Source: Paraspadella gotoi (lineage: Eukaryota > Animalia > Chaetognatha). Taken from it: a DNA stretch of 64,000 nucleotides. Each line of letters begins with the position of its first letter. Positions within the stretch are counted from its first letter, which is position 1. A program made the position numbers and the translations under genes. The stretch is from NCBI GenBank assembly GCA_051294375.1, contig CM119266.1:24292411-24356410 (forward strand), in the 5' to 3' direction. The notes below the pieces were generated by a model that had not been told where the DNA came from, made no database searches, and worked only from the letters and a program-made list of their open reading frames with translations. Positions 54,018 through 64,000 of the stretch are shown in pieces.

Positions 54018-57000
54018 TTTTCTCTCTAACTAGCCCCTGGCAAAATTTTAATTTCATATTTTAATCTCGTTTCTTTAATGATGCTAGCGATATTCGTCCA
54101 AGAAAGAGAGATAGTGCCTGACACTGAGTGATGGATAGAGAAAGAGAGAGAGAGATTATGGGATTTTATTTTTTTATTTCAGCTCCGGTAACCCACGCGA
54201 TTTTTAGAGCGGAATTCGTTATTTACTGCGTGGGTGTCATCGTCGGCGTCGTCGTCGTCGTCATCATCGTCATCGTCGTTATCGTCGTAATTACCTTTAA
54301 AAGCGACGCAGTCGCAGGAAAAAGCGTCATTAACCTCGGATGAACATATTAATCCTATTTTTAGAACTATGGGATAGTATATATTTAGTATGTTTTTACT
54401 AATGATTATTTCAACTTTTTTTTTGCTTCTTTTTTTTTTTACGAAGAGTGGCTGAGGAGTCTTTTAAATTCAACAGTTTTTTTATACAGAATGTACTATA
54501 CAAAATAATGGAAATGAGCACGAATAATTAGAAGCAGGAAAAATGATGATAATGGCACAAAGAAAGGTTTCGATTAATTATATTCATAATTAAATTCTCC
54601 CTCAAGACCCTGGCCATCCGAACTTTCCCCCTTATCCTCCCTATCTGCTCTCCCCCGTGTTATTTCCGGACCTTTCACCGTCTCACCGTCACCCTCCTTT
54701 CACCGTCTCACCGTCACCCTCCTTTCACCCACCCGTCCTCACTTATCACATATCCCCGGGTTCCTCTCACCCGTATTCTTCGTCAGTCGGTGAACGGTCG
54801 AGAGAAAACGAAACTCTGTGATGTCATGAGCGGAACACGTCGTCGTCGTCGTCGTCGTCGCGGTTCCCGTTCACGCATATTAATGTGAAAACGTGAGGTT
54901 TTTATCATCGATGAAATTAGTCGACAGATGGAAGACGACCAAAGGAATTGAATTAAAAATAAAATGAGATATTTTTATTTTAAAATTAAAACAAAGGAAA
55001 AAGCCGGATGCGAAAGACTAAAACGGCGCTGCCGGGTTTTGATTGAGCAAGAAAAAATGTGGAAATATTAGTCAAATACTAATATCTCACGATCCGATGT
55101 ATAAGTTGAAAATGAATTGATCTGCCTTTTGTTAATATCGAAAATAAAATTTATGAAAATTCGCCAGTTCCTTCGGTGTGCTAAAAAGGGTACAATATCA
55201 TTCGAGTTTTTATTGACCAAAATTGTTAATTTTAATTATCTTCTTTTAGTCCTTGCCACGACGACGACGTCGTTCGCCTTTTCGACAAAAAAAAAAAAAA
55301 ACAAAACAAAAACTCTGTCCAAAACAAAAGGTCCCCCCACCTACATTTTCGCGTCCCTCTATCGACGGATAATATTAAACAGAGTTTTGCGGCCTCGACG
55401 CTGATCCTTCCTTCCGACAGACGGCATCGCCGCTCGCGAGCCTCGGCGGCCAACGGGCTCCGGGTCGAGGAAGAGGAGAGTCCGGAGATTTCGCTCTTTC
55501 TCGTCCTATTGCGAAAAAACGGGATGTTGCTCTTCCTGGCGAATCGATCTAGGTTTTTTTTTTTGCCGTTCCTTAGTTTCTGGTTTAATTTAGTTAAGTG
55601 TTAAGATGGTCGCTTAGTTGAATAGTACGTTTTTATAATTTTTATTATTTGAATTGTTTCTCGGAGTAGTTTGAATTTTACTCTAATGAAAAAAAAAAAT
55701 GAAGAGAGTGAGGCGAACTAACTTTAGTGTTGCAACCCGAGCCCATGCTCTCTCTCCGTGCATTAATATCTTGAATCAATAATGATAACAACAATAGTGC
55801 TTATAACAACAACGAATTTAGATAAGATAAAGTAACTAAAAAAGGGGTTAAATGTTGTTTTAACTCGATAGACTAGACTCTATCTAGTTAAAGTTAAAGT
55901 TATTCCCTCTTTTAGAAGTACACAACCTCAAAAATATCATTTCCCATTTTTAAATTGTATTCTATAAAAGACAATAAATCCCTTTTATTCCAGCTGGTTT
56001 TGTAATAATAATAATAATAATAAAAAAATTTGGAGAATCCTTAAAATAGAATTTTATTAGAATGTATGTCACAAATTGTCACAAGTCCTAATCTAGTTAT
56101 CAAACTTTTATCATTCTGATGTGTTGAGATTGTTCCTATGTTTTTAAAGATTCCTGATTCTTCCGCTTAATAGCGCTCGTTCTAGAAATTTTAAAAACAA
56201 AAGTCCGAATATTCAGTTGTATTAAACTACGGTTGATTAACTTATGACTTACAACATATTCACTATTCACAGCTTTATAATACGTGTGACTGTAAAAAAA
56301 AAATAAACAATTCTAATAATTGAAAATCTAGTACCGTAAAAAGTCTAAAACCTTTCGTGGTTGGGACGAGATATGGGAAGACATAGTTCCTCAATACAAA
56401 AGCAACGACGATGAATACCAGTACAACCGGTTCAGTTGTTGACACAGTTATTTTCTGAAAAGTTAGGAACCGAGGGATGCAAGTTCATACGGTTTTCCGA
56501 TTCTGTTCGTATAAAACGATTTCAATATATGGAGCGCATTATTCATTCATAAAGGTAAAGTCTTTAATTTTTTTAGCAATTACTATTTAAATAGCTATTT
56601 TGCAGTTTATTTCAAATGAAATTTTACTCGTATGTAAATTTTTAAAATTTTCTGGTTTAGAAAGTTCTCACCTGGTAGCTGTTTTCAGAAATTTCGAGTC
56701 AGATTCAAGACTGACTTTCAAGTTTGACTATCAAAAACCTGTTTTTTTCGCCTAGCCTCATTGTTATCGACAGTAAATCCAAAGAGGGGTGGAATAAAAT
56801 TACTGCCAAAAAATACCTGAATGTACAATTATAGAGGGTTTACCACAATTTAATTTTGAAAACCATAATTTGAACCAAAATTTGTGCCATAATCGAAACG
56901 AAATTTCTCGACAAAATTAAGGAAAAGTTCAAAAGAAAGTAAAACAAAGTGTTTGAGCCTCGATCTGGATTGAAATTTTCGAATTCAAATAAGGCGATAT

Positions 57001-57044
57001 GACAAAATTTAAAAAATACAAACTGATTTAAAGATGAAAACAAA

Positions 57045-57354
57045 ATGAATAAATTCCTCTTGCTCTTCCTCTACATCCAATACTTCCCCATAACCCTCTC
57101 TTTCACGCCCCAATTTCCGTCCGCGGAAGAGTGTTCCCGCTCCCTCAACGCGACCAACCCATTTCCCGGGGAGTGCGGCCGCATCAACGGCACCGGCTCC
57201 TTCGCGCCAAGGCGACGTCGCGTCGTCGGCGGCGTGGGCGTGTCACGGGGAGCCGTGCCTTGGCACGTCGAACTAGTGCGTTGCGCAGGCGCGATCGTTG
57301 ACGCCGATCACGTCGTTACAGCGGCTCACTGCGTGCAGGTTTGAGAAGAGAGAG

Positions 57355-57416
<62 letters not shown>

Positions 57417-58745
57417 TGCAATTGTTAAAAAGAAGATTTATTTTCTTCACCGCTGGACAGCTTAACACGGGCTTTGGTTTTCCTTCAGGATGGCCACGGT
57501 CACGTTGGCACAACCATCTACGCCGGCCTCGCGGTCAACCCCAGATATCCTGACTCGACTCTGGAGTGCACTCGGCAGACGCGCGTCGTCAAGCGGATCC
57601 AGATTCATCCCTGTTTCTGCGGCGTGGAGACTTGCGTCAAGAAGAATTCTACGGAAGAGTTGACGGAGTTGCGGAACGACGTCGCCGTTCTCACCGTCGA
57701 CAAACCCTGGAACTTTAACGAGTACGTCCAGCCCGCGTGCCTGCCCGGATCTGATGCGGGTCCAATCGAAGGCTCTCTCGTCATGGTTTCAGGATTCGGC
57801 AGCTTGTACTACGGCGGGCGAGCCTCGAGCGTTCTGCAGGTATAGGATGTCGGGAAATGCGTTCGAGACGTTCGAACATAGAGTTTTTAAAAGTGTTTTG
57901 GCGTTCAAATAGTTAGGTTCCAAGGCTATGGGATGATTTGACGTCGTTATTTAAAAAAGAATAAAGTTAAGAACATGAAAAAGTCGAATTGAAAACTGAC
58001 GAATTCGTTTACTTCTTCCCTCCGTTTAAGACTTTTTACTAAATATTTAAAAAAATTGTCAGTAATATAAAATAATTGCTATTATTACTTAAATAATCCT
58101 GCGCTTCAGGCGGCGTGGATGCCCATCGTCGACTCCATCGAATGTCTCAAACTCTTGGGCGACGACTTTTTTTCACCGGACATGATCTGCGCCGGCCAAG
58201 TACGAGACGGAGGCGTCGACGCTTGCCAGGGCGACTCGGGCGCGCCGCTCGTTATGGCCGACGCCGCCGGACGCGCCACTTTGGTGGGCGTAGTCAGTTG
58301 GGGCGTCGGGTGCGGAGCAAAGCGAGACCCGGGCGTTTACAGCAACTTAACCGAACATGCGGATTGGATTCGTGTGGCTTTGACGTCAGAGCCCGCGAAG
58401 AAGTTGGTGGCGCGGCGAAGGACTCCAGAGGGAGACAAGATCACTCAATACGACGACGACGCTTGCACAAAATGGCGCCAATCGAGGATACCGATCACGA
58501 CGACCGAAGCGGCGACGACCTCTGCTGCGCCCTTGAATGAGGCTAACATAATAGGGGTCGTAATGGCGACGTTAATAACCGTTCTGGCCTTTATAATATT
58601 GCTTGTTGTCGTAATAAGGAAAAACAAGACGTTTACATCTAAACTACAAACGCTAGTCACTCTTCAAAATATTAGATTTAAAAGAAGAGGAAATAAAATC
58701 GACGAAATAACTATACAAGACAATGAGATTCTGGAGACTTTTTGA
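57045..58745 (+). CDS. Trypsin-like (S1A) serine protease with signal peptide and C-terminal transmembrane anchor, 426 aa
   Basis: Three phase-0 GT-AG exons: 57045-57338, 57489-57839, 58110-58745. Catalytic motifs are TAAHC, NDVAVL and GDSGAPL. DACQGDSG places Asp in the S1 pocket, and LVGVVSWGVGC is present. Activation site RRRR|VVGG, hydrophobic N-terminus, and TM segment IIGVVMATLITVLAFIILLVVVI followed by RKNK. Confidence 0.93.
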
Positions 58746-59237
58746 AATCCTGGATGCTTAATCCTGAAAAAAAAATTGTAACTCATTTCGATAGTAATGT
58801 TGGAAGAGCCCACTCATTCTTTTATAATATATTTTTTTGCAGGTTTTTTTTTTAAGTTCAATATAATTACATTTTCATTGTCACTTCGATTTTACCCCCT
58901 TCAGTCATAAATAGCAGAGAACAAACAAGTTCAAGTAACAAGAGAATAATTACGGACTAGATACGGATTTCAAATGGGAGTGAAATGAAAAGTGTTGTTG
59001 TAACTCTTAACTGACTGACTGTGATTAATATTTGTTCATTTAATTAGTTGGAAAAGTCCCTGACATTTATGTACCTATAAAGCAAATTGATAACACTTTA
59101 CATCATAGCAACTGGTGCGCTTGCCTTCCAGCAGCTTTTTTTAAAACATTTTTCCCCTCTTATTTTTAATTCAATTTTAAACTATTTTTTTTAACGCAGA
59201 CATTTTTATTTTCCATAAGTTTTAACTAAAAAAACTA

Positions 59238-59388
59238 TTAGAGACAGTTTGAGTTTAGTTTTGACAACGATTTTTATTTAATTCAAAACAGACATGTTTC
59301 GGCTTTATTTGAAACAATCGTTGTCAAAACTAAACTCAAACTGTCTCTAATCGTCCCAAACAACGAAAAGAAAGGATTTATATCACAA
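59238..59388. mobile_element. Short insertion with a perfect 35-bp inverted repeat; Penelope-like terminal remnant
   Basis: 59238-59272 and 59316-59350 are exact reverse complements, and the loop contains acatgtttcggc. Flanked by near-identical 16-mers taactaaaaaaactat (59223-59238) and taactaaaaaaaatat (59389-59404). Confidence 0.5.
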
Positions 59389-60138
59389 TAACTAAAAAAA
59401 ATATAAAATAAAAAAGGCTGTAATTGTGGTTGCTCAGACACATACTCTTCTGTCTGTATCTTTAAGATGAACCGAAATTTTCAAACATTTCATTTGTTTT
59501 CATAAAAACATATCTTATATCAGGAAGGTTGTAAAGAGAGGTCGTACGGGCGAGCGACTTGGCGTCATCTCGTAAACAACGATCATTTGTTTGCCAGTTG
59601 TCAGGGAGTTAGAAATCCTCATTACTGTTTTACGTGACGCCAGGGCGCTCCAGCTGACGGACAGAGGAAAACAAATAGGCACTCCACGGAAGAAGTTTAC
59701 TAAGTATAATATTGAAATGAGAAATGATTAGTTATTGTTTACTAATTTATTCTGCCTTGAAGGTCTTTAACCTACTTCACTACATTCCACATTGGCGATT
59801 ACATCATCAATTCCGTTATTGACCGTGGACTCATCATTATTAGGGAAATTTTAAGGCCGAGGCGTAAGACAGTACTAAATATTAAAGACTTATTGCTTCT
59901 CTTACTTTTACTTCATTCATAAAGTTGAAAGGTTAACCTGGTCCACAAACTTTAATAATTTTGATTTGTTTTGACGACAACTCATCGTCATCTCTTCTTA
60001 ATCACAGGTGGATGGATGGCAGATTGATCTCTCCTCAACAGTTTTTCCTTTGACGGCTCCTTTAGCCAGTTCTCCAGCAGCTTCTCCAAAAGCTTCTTGT
60101 TTTATATTTATATTTTATATTTAGCATCCATAGTTAAA

Positions 60139-60276
60139 ATGGATACAGCCCAGCTCGCGGTGAAGTTCGGCAAATTCGGCATGTTGGTGAGAGAAGTCGC
60201 CATCACAAATTCGGGGGACCGGAACCGGCCAAAGATCGTCATGAATGACGAACTAAGAGTCAAAAAATCAAAGTAA
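60139..60276 (+). CDS. 45-aa ORF (MDTAQLAVKFGKFG...), unknown function; may be a first exon
   Basis: Versus the copy at 63382-63510: six purely synonymous codon changes, two replaced codons (M>L, G>V) and an in-frame 9-bp indel. A gtaaga donor-like motif overlaps the stop codon. Confidence 0.55.
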   Translation: MDTAQLAVKFGKFGMLVREVAITNSGDRNRPKIVMNDELRVKKSK

Positions 60277-60742
60277 GATCGAAAAAAATCCGTTAAGATA
60301 TGAAAAATTCTGAGAAATGTAGAGGGCATAAAAATAAAAAACAAAAGACGTCGAAAATTATTGATCCGAGATTTAGAGAAAAATAATCATGTCTAATGAA
60401 ACTAACCAGTTAACTAAAGTAATAAAGAAATAGTTCGATAGCTAAACTAAAATATATTATTAAATTAATTTCACAAGTGGTTCCAGCCGCCAAAAAGAAT
60501 AAAGTTGATGATCCAGACGAAGACGAGCGAGAGGAAGTCCACGCATGCAGAGAGAGACTAATTGGCTAAACTGGACATTTAATAGCTATCTATCTACTTA
60601 TTACTCGTTACGACTATCGCTATTATTCAAAATTTACACGTTTAAAAATTCTTTATAATGTTCATGTTGCATTATTACAGGAATTTAGTTTATTATTAAA
60701 AAGATTCGTCAAAAGAGACATACAACTAAATTAAACGAGACA

Positions 60743-60901
60743 ATGGATGCGTACTCCGAAGTTGACCTCAAAAACGACATCATGTGGGCGCCAAGCGATC
60801 TCGAGAGGCAACAACTCTTCGGCGAATTCCCGTTCGCCAGGGATTTCGGGGAGGACGCCGCGGAAATAGAATTCGATAGCAATGTCAGAATCCGTCAGTG
60901 A
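60743..60901 (+). CDS. 52-aa ORF (MDAYSEVDLKNDIMWAPSDLERQQLFGEFP...), unknown function
   Basis: Versus the copy starting at 63912: seven purely synonymous and four replacement codon changes in 29 codons. Overlaps the next ORF. Confidence 0.6.
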   Translation: MDAYSEVDLKNDIMWAPSDLERQQLFGEFPFARDFGEDAAEIEFDSNVRIRQ

Positions 60902-61900
60902 GATGACGGCGCCGATTTATCAACCGGAGGCACAGTCATCAGGGGAAGATCTCGCCGCCCACTTCTTAAATAAAAAGGCGCAGCTCCCTGCTCATTGCCG
61001 GGCGCTGACGGACTTCAGTGTCTCCATCATCATCGGAAGCGGCGACGAAATTTATTTCAAAGACGGTTTCCGCAGCGACGGCAATCGGGTGATGGTGAGG
61101 AGGATCAGGAGGGCGTGGAAGAAGGCGGCAAAGACCCGTGGTTGGACGGACGAGGAGTTCGACAACCTCGTCCAAAAGATTAGAGAAGGAGCGGACGAAG
61201 AAATGCTCCTTCGTCTCGCTAAATTCGTCAGAACCGGTCAATCGTACCAGCACTCGGTTCAAGAGTCATCATTGACGACCGCGGCGACATCCTCCACGCC
61301 CGTCATCATCTTTGAGAATTCAACACCAGCTATCCAGTATGAAAAGACCACCACGACAAAACCTCGAGCGGCGATCTCCGAGGAGAGCATCCAGAGCAGT
61401 GTGACAACGTCTTCGCAAACGGAAGTTGATGGTGCGAGGTGGGCCCAGCTGGAAGTTCGCTGTCATCGGCGGAGATGGAGAAGGCGGAGTTCCGGATCAA
61501 GGTGGATAGATTGGAGCAGGAGTTGAAGAGAGAGACGGAGAGGAGAATTGAAGCTGAGGTGAGCCTGGAAGGGAGGGTTCGAGAGGTGGAGCAGAGGTGG
61601 GCGACCACCGAACGTCTCTGGAGTCAAACAAGCCTGGAACGACTTTCTTTGCCGCCGGAGTCGAGGAGACGCTTGGCGTCACCATTCCGCAAAGAGCCGC
61701 AATCCGATCTACGTCTTTCAAAGTTTCGTCCGCCACCTGGCATGGAGCAGTTCGTCAACTCCCCGCCACGTCCACGTCAACAGCCGGCGCCGAAAAAAAA
61801 GCTGCCGACTCTTCAGCCAGTGTCGCCACCTCTGCCTCCACCGCCAAGGCGGGAGTATCCAGAATGGGCGAAGAAGGCCACCAAAAAGCGAAATCGTTAA
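60882..61900 (+). CDS. Hypothetical protein in two overlapping frames (60882-61526, 61439-61900): N-terminal domain, S/T-rich linker, coiled coil, Pro-rich basic tail
   Basis: GC-rich, non-repetitive open frames. The protein-like sequence switches frame near 61430-61470 (then EMEKAEFRIKVDRLEQELKRE...). No recognisable family. Confidence 0.55.
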
Positions 61901-62100
61901 ACTGTTTTCAACTGGAATTCCGTCGGCGTCGGATGTCCGAAATGCCCGAGCCGGCCTCTCTAGAGCCGACCGCGAATCACACGCAGCGTGTCATATGGCC
62001 TAGAGAGCACTTTCTTTATTCCAGCATTATATTGTGTTTATTTTGAGTTTGTATTGCCCGGTACCTCGACAGTGACAACTTACCGACGGGAGAAAAAAAT

Positions 62101-62388
62101 TCAAATTAACAAAGAACCAAGTTGAATCCATTCGGAACTTAATTGTGCGTTTAGTTGAATTTCTCTTTTGGTCATCTCCTCATCTTCGTCTCTCATCTGC
62201 ACCACCGTCTCTGCCCAGAGGTCGGCTCCGTCTTCTCCGGCTTCGGCTTCCACTTTATATTCGCTGTTGGTTTCGTTCCTGGCGTTAGTCTTCTTGGCGA
62301 CATTCTTCGCCTTGACTTCGTTGCTGGACATAAAGGTCAAAAGTAGGAGACCCACGACAATATGCTTCCTTAGCCGAGGCGAAATCAT
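62101..62388 (-). CDS. 95-aa putative secreted prepro-peptide
   Basis: Basic N-terminus plus hydrophobic core (IVVGLLLLTFM) ending VKA, acidic middle region, dibasic KR, then a 20-aa tail. Confidence 0.5.
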   Translation of the reverse strand: MISPRLRKHIVVGLLLLTFMSSNEVKAKNVAKKTNARNETNSEYKVEAEAGEDGADLWAETVVQMRDEDEEMTKREIQLNAQLSSEWIQLGSLLI

Positions 62389-62758
62389 GATATTTTCTTT
62401 ATCCGCTTCCGTTAAATCTTTTACAACGACAATAAAAAAAAATATTAAAATTTTTTTTTTTTCATTTAGCGAACAAAAAAAGCGGAGTAAGTCTTCGTTT
62501 TTTCAGGTTGTCTAAAATCTACATCAAAATATTGGCGAGGACTGAAACGGAAATAAAAGAGACTGACGAAAAAATTATCGAACTTGAGAGAAAGATAAGA
62601 TTGACATCGTTGCGAAAAAGAAAAACTTAGAGTTTATATTGAAAAATGAAATAAATTTATCGAATAATCTTTCTCAGAAAAGGGTAAGCTGAATTCCGGA
62701 AAGAAAGAATGGATTGGTGCCTAGGCACAGTTGCAGACCTCAATCGGTGGAAGATGCA

Positions 62759-62983
62759 ATGAGAAAACTAATGTCTTATGAAAACTTTTATCTGGAGCAA
62801 CGAAAGAAAGAAAGAGACGACACGAAGATAAAGAAATTGAAACTCGATTATGAAGAGCAAAAAGAATACTTTGAAAGATGGATAGAAGTCCGGTATAAAC
62901 AAAATAAAGTCTTCTCGAACTTTCAAAAAGAAATGAGAGCTCATACGAAGGAAAAAACTCACCAAAATAGATTAGATTATTAA
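62759..62983 (+). CDS. 74-aa charged helical ORF, unknown function; possibly the tail of a disrupted longer ORF from ~62510
   Basis: Open frame MRKLMSYENFYLEQ...; coiled-coil-like codons upstream are interrupted by a frameshift and a stop. Confidence 0.35.
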   Translation: MRKLMSYENFYLEQRKKERDDTKIKKLKLDYEEQKEYFERWIEVRYKQNKVFSNFQKEMRAHTKEKTHQNRLDY

Positions 62984-63029
62984 ATGAAAGTCAAGTGTAA
63001 TGTTTGTTTGTTTGAGTCATTCAGCAATC

Positions 63030-63269
63030 ATGGCATACGAACTTACTAAAAACTTTCGTGAAAGAGAGAAGGTCAAAGCCGCAGCAGAGACCCCGAACAA
63101 TCTTGAGGATACGCTGGAAAAGCTGGAGACAAACGAGAAAGAATTTGAATTACTTTACTTCGATTACATAGCGCTTGGCTTTCCGATGACAATGTGGAGA
63201 ATTGCGTACCTGAAAAGATGGGCCGACATCATGGAGGCAGAAGGAAAATTCGTTCCAAAAGATGTTTAA
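63030..63269 (+). CDS. 79-aa ORF (MAYELTKNFRERE...), unknown function
   Basis: Good start context (cagcaatcATGG), protein-like composition, AT-rich flanks. Confidence 0.5.
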   Translation: MAYELTKNFREREKVKAAAETPNNLEDTLEKLETNEKEFELLYFDYIALGFPMTMWRIAYLKRWADIMEAEGKFVPKDV

Positions 63270-63381
63270 CTACTTTAAAAAAAAACAAAAAAAAACTGAT
63301 GTTTGTCGGCATTAAGGGAATTTGTATGTGTCCATCTTTTTCGTTTGTCTTTCTTGTTTGAATTTAGTTTCCACAGTTATA

Positions 63382-63510
63382 ATGGATACGGCCCAGCTCG
63401 CAGTAAAGTTCGGCAAATTTGGCTTATTGGTGAGAGAAGTCGCCATCACAAACTCGGTGGACCGTAACCGGCCAAAGATCGTCATGAATGACGAACTACA
63501 ATCAAAGTAA
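63382..63510 (+). CDS. Second copy of the MDTAQLAVKFGKFG ORF (42 aa)
   Basis: Synonymous-biased divergence from 60139-60276. Confidence 0.55.
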   Translation: MDTAQLAVKFGKFGLLVREVAITNSVDRNRPKIVMNDELQSK

Positions 63511-63911
63511 GATCGAAAAAATCCGTTAAGATATGAAAAATTCTAAGAAATGTAGAGGGCTAAAAAATAAAAACAAAAGACGTCGAAAATTATTGATCCG
63601 AGACTTAGAGAAAAATAATCATATTTAATCGAAACTAACCAGTTAACTAAAGTAAAAAGCAATAGTTCGATAGCTAAACTTAAATATATTATTATATGAA
63701 TTTCACAAGTGGTCCCAGCCGCCGAACAGATTAAAGATAATGATCCAGACGAGGATGATTAGGAAGAAGTTCACGCCCGGAGAGAGAGACTAGTTGGCTA
63801 AATTCAACGATCAATATCTATTTGTTATCCGTCACGACTATCGCGATTATTCAAAAATTCATACATTTAAATTTCTTTATAATTGTTCATGTTGCATTAT
63901 TAAATTAAACA

Positions 63912-64000
63912 ATGGACGCGTACTCCAAAGTTGATCTCGAGAACGATATCATGTGGGCGCCGAGCGACATCGAAAGGCAACAACTATTCAGTGAATTCCC
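63912..64000 (+). CDS. Second copy of the MDAYS ORF (truncated by window end)
   Basis: Synonymous-biased divergence from 60743-60831. Confidence 0.55.
   Translation, partial: MDAYSKVDLENDIMWAPSDIERQQLFSEF

Larger units (their letters stand above)
60093..64000 (+). repeat. ~3.24 kb repeated, ORF-dense unit; second copy starts ~63350 and runs off the window
   Basis: 60125-60830 matches 63365-64000, differing mainly by substitutions. Offset is 3243 bp between the first ATGs (60139 and 63382). Confidence 0.85.

Noticed and set aside
56331-56554. Exon-like stretch (KTFRGWDEIWEDIVPQY...)
   Set aside because: Interrupted by stops, with no recognisable family or partner exons.
59998-60100. Minus-strand coding-like fragment (AFGEAAGELAKGAVKG...)
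   Set aside because: Too short, with no start codon or convincing acceptor.

Overview
Animal-like eukaryotic genomic DNA. It is AT-rich but CpG-rich and full of (CT)n/(GA)n, (GTC)n and (ATTT)n microsatellites. The assembly is a draft: four gaps of exactly 25 N and indel-riddled stretches indicate gap-filling with unpolished long reads. Two spliced genes are supportable: a C2orf81/DUF4639-like gene (9053 to >11549, with a GC-AG intron and a second error-laden copy at ~18507-21400) and a 3-exon, membrane-anchored trypsin-like serine protease (57045-58745). The interval ~8.5-28.5 kb is a ~10 kb tandem or allelic duplication that includes an internal inversion. Comparing the two copies reveals two small LTR-bounded, non-autonomous elements present only in copy 2. 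One (21668-23156) has AGT..ACT termini, a GTAT target-site duplication, a tRNA-Leu-like primer binding site and what looks like a captured Ly6/three-finger-like secreted-protein gene. The right end holds a ~3.24 kb repeated unit packed with short, partly overlapping ORFs of unknown function whose copies differ mainly at synonymous sites. Also present are solo-LTR-like elements, a Penelope-like inverted remnant, a Tc1-like MITE and a dispersed ~110 bp repeat. About 29-56 kb appears non-coding. Family assignments are from motif recognition by eye, not from database searches.
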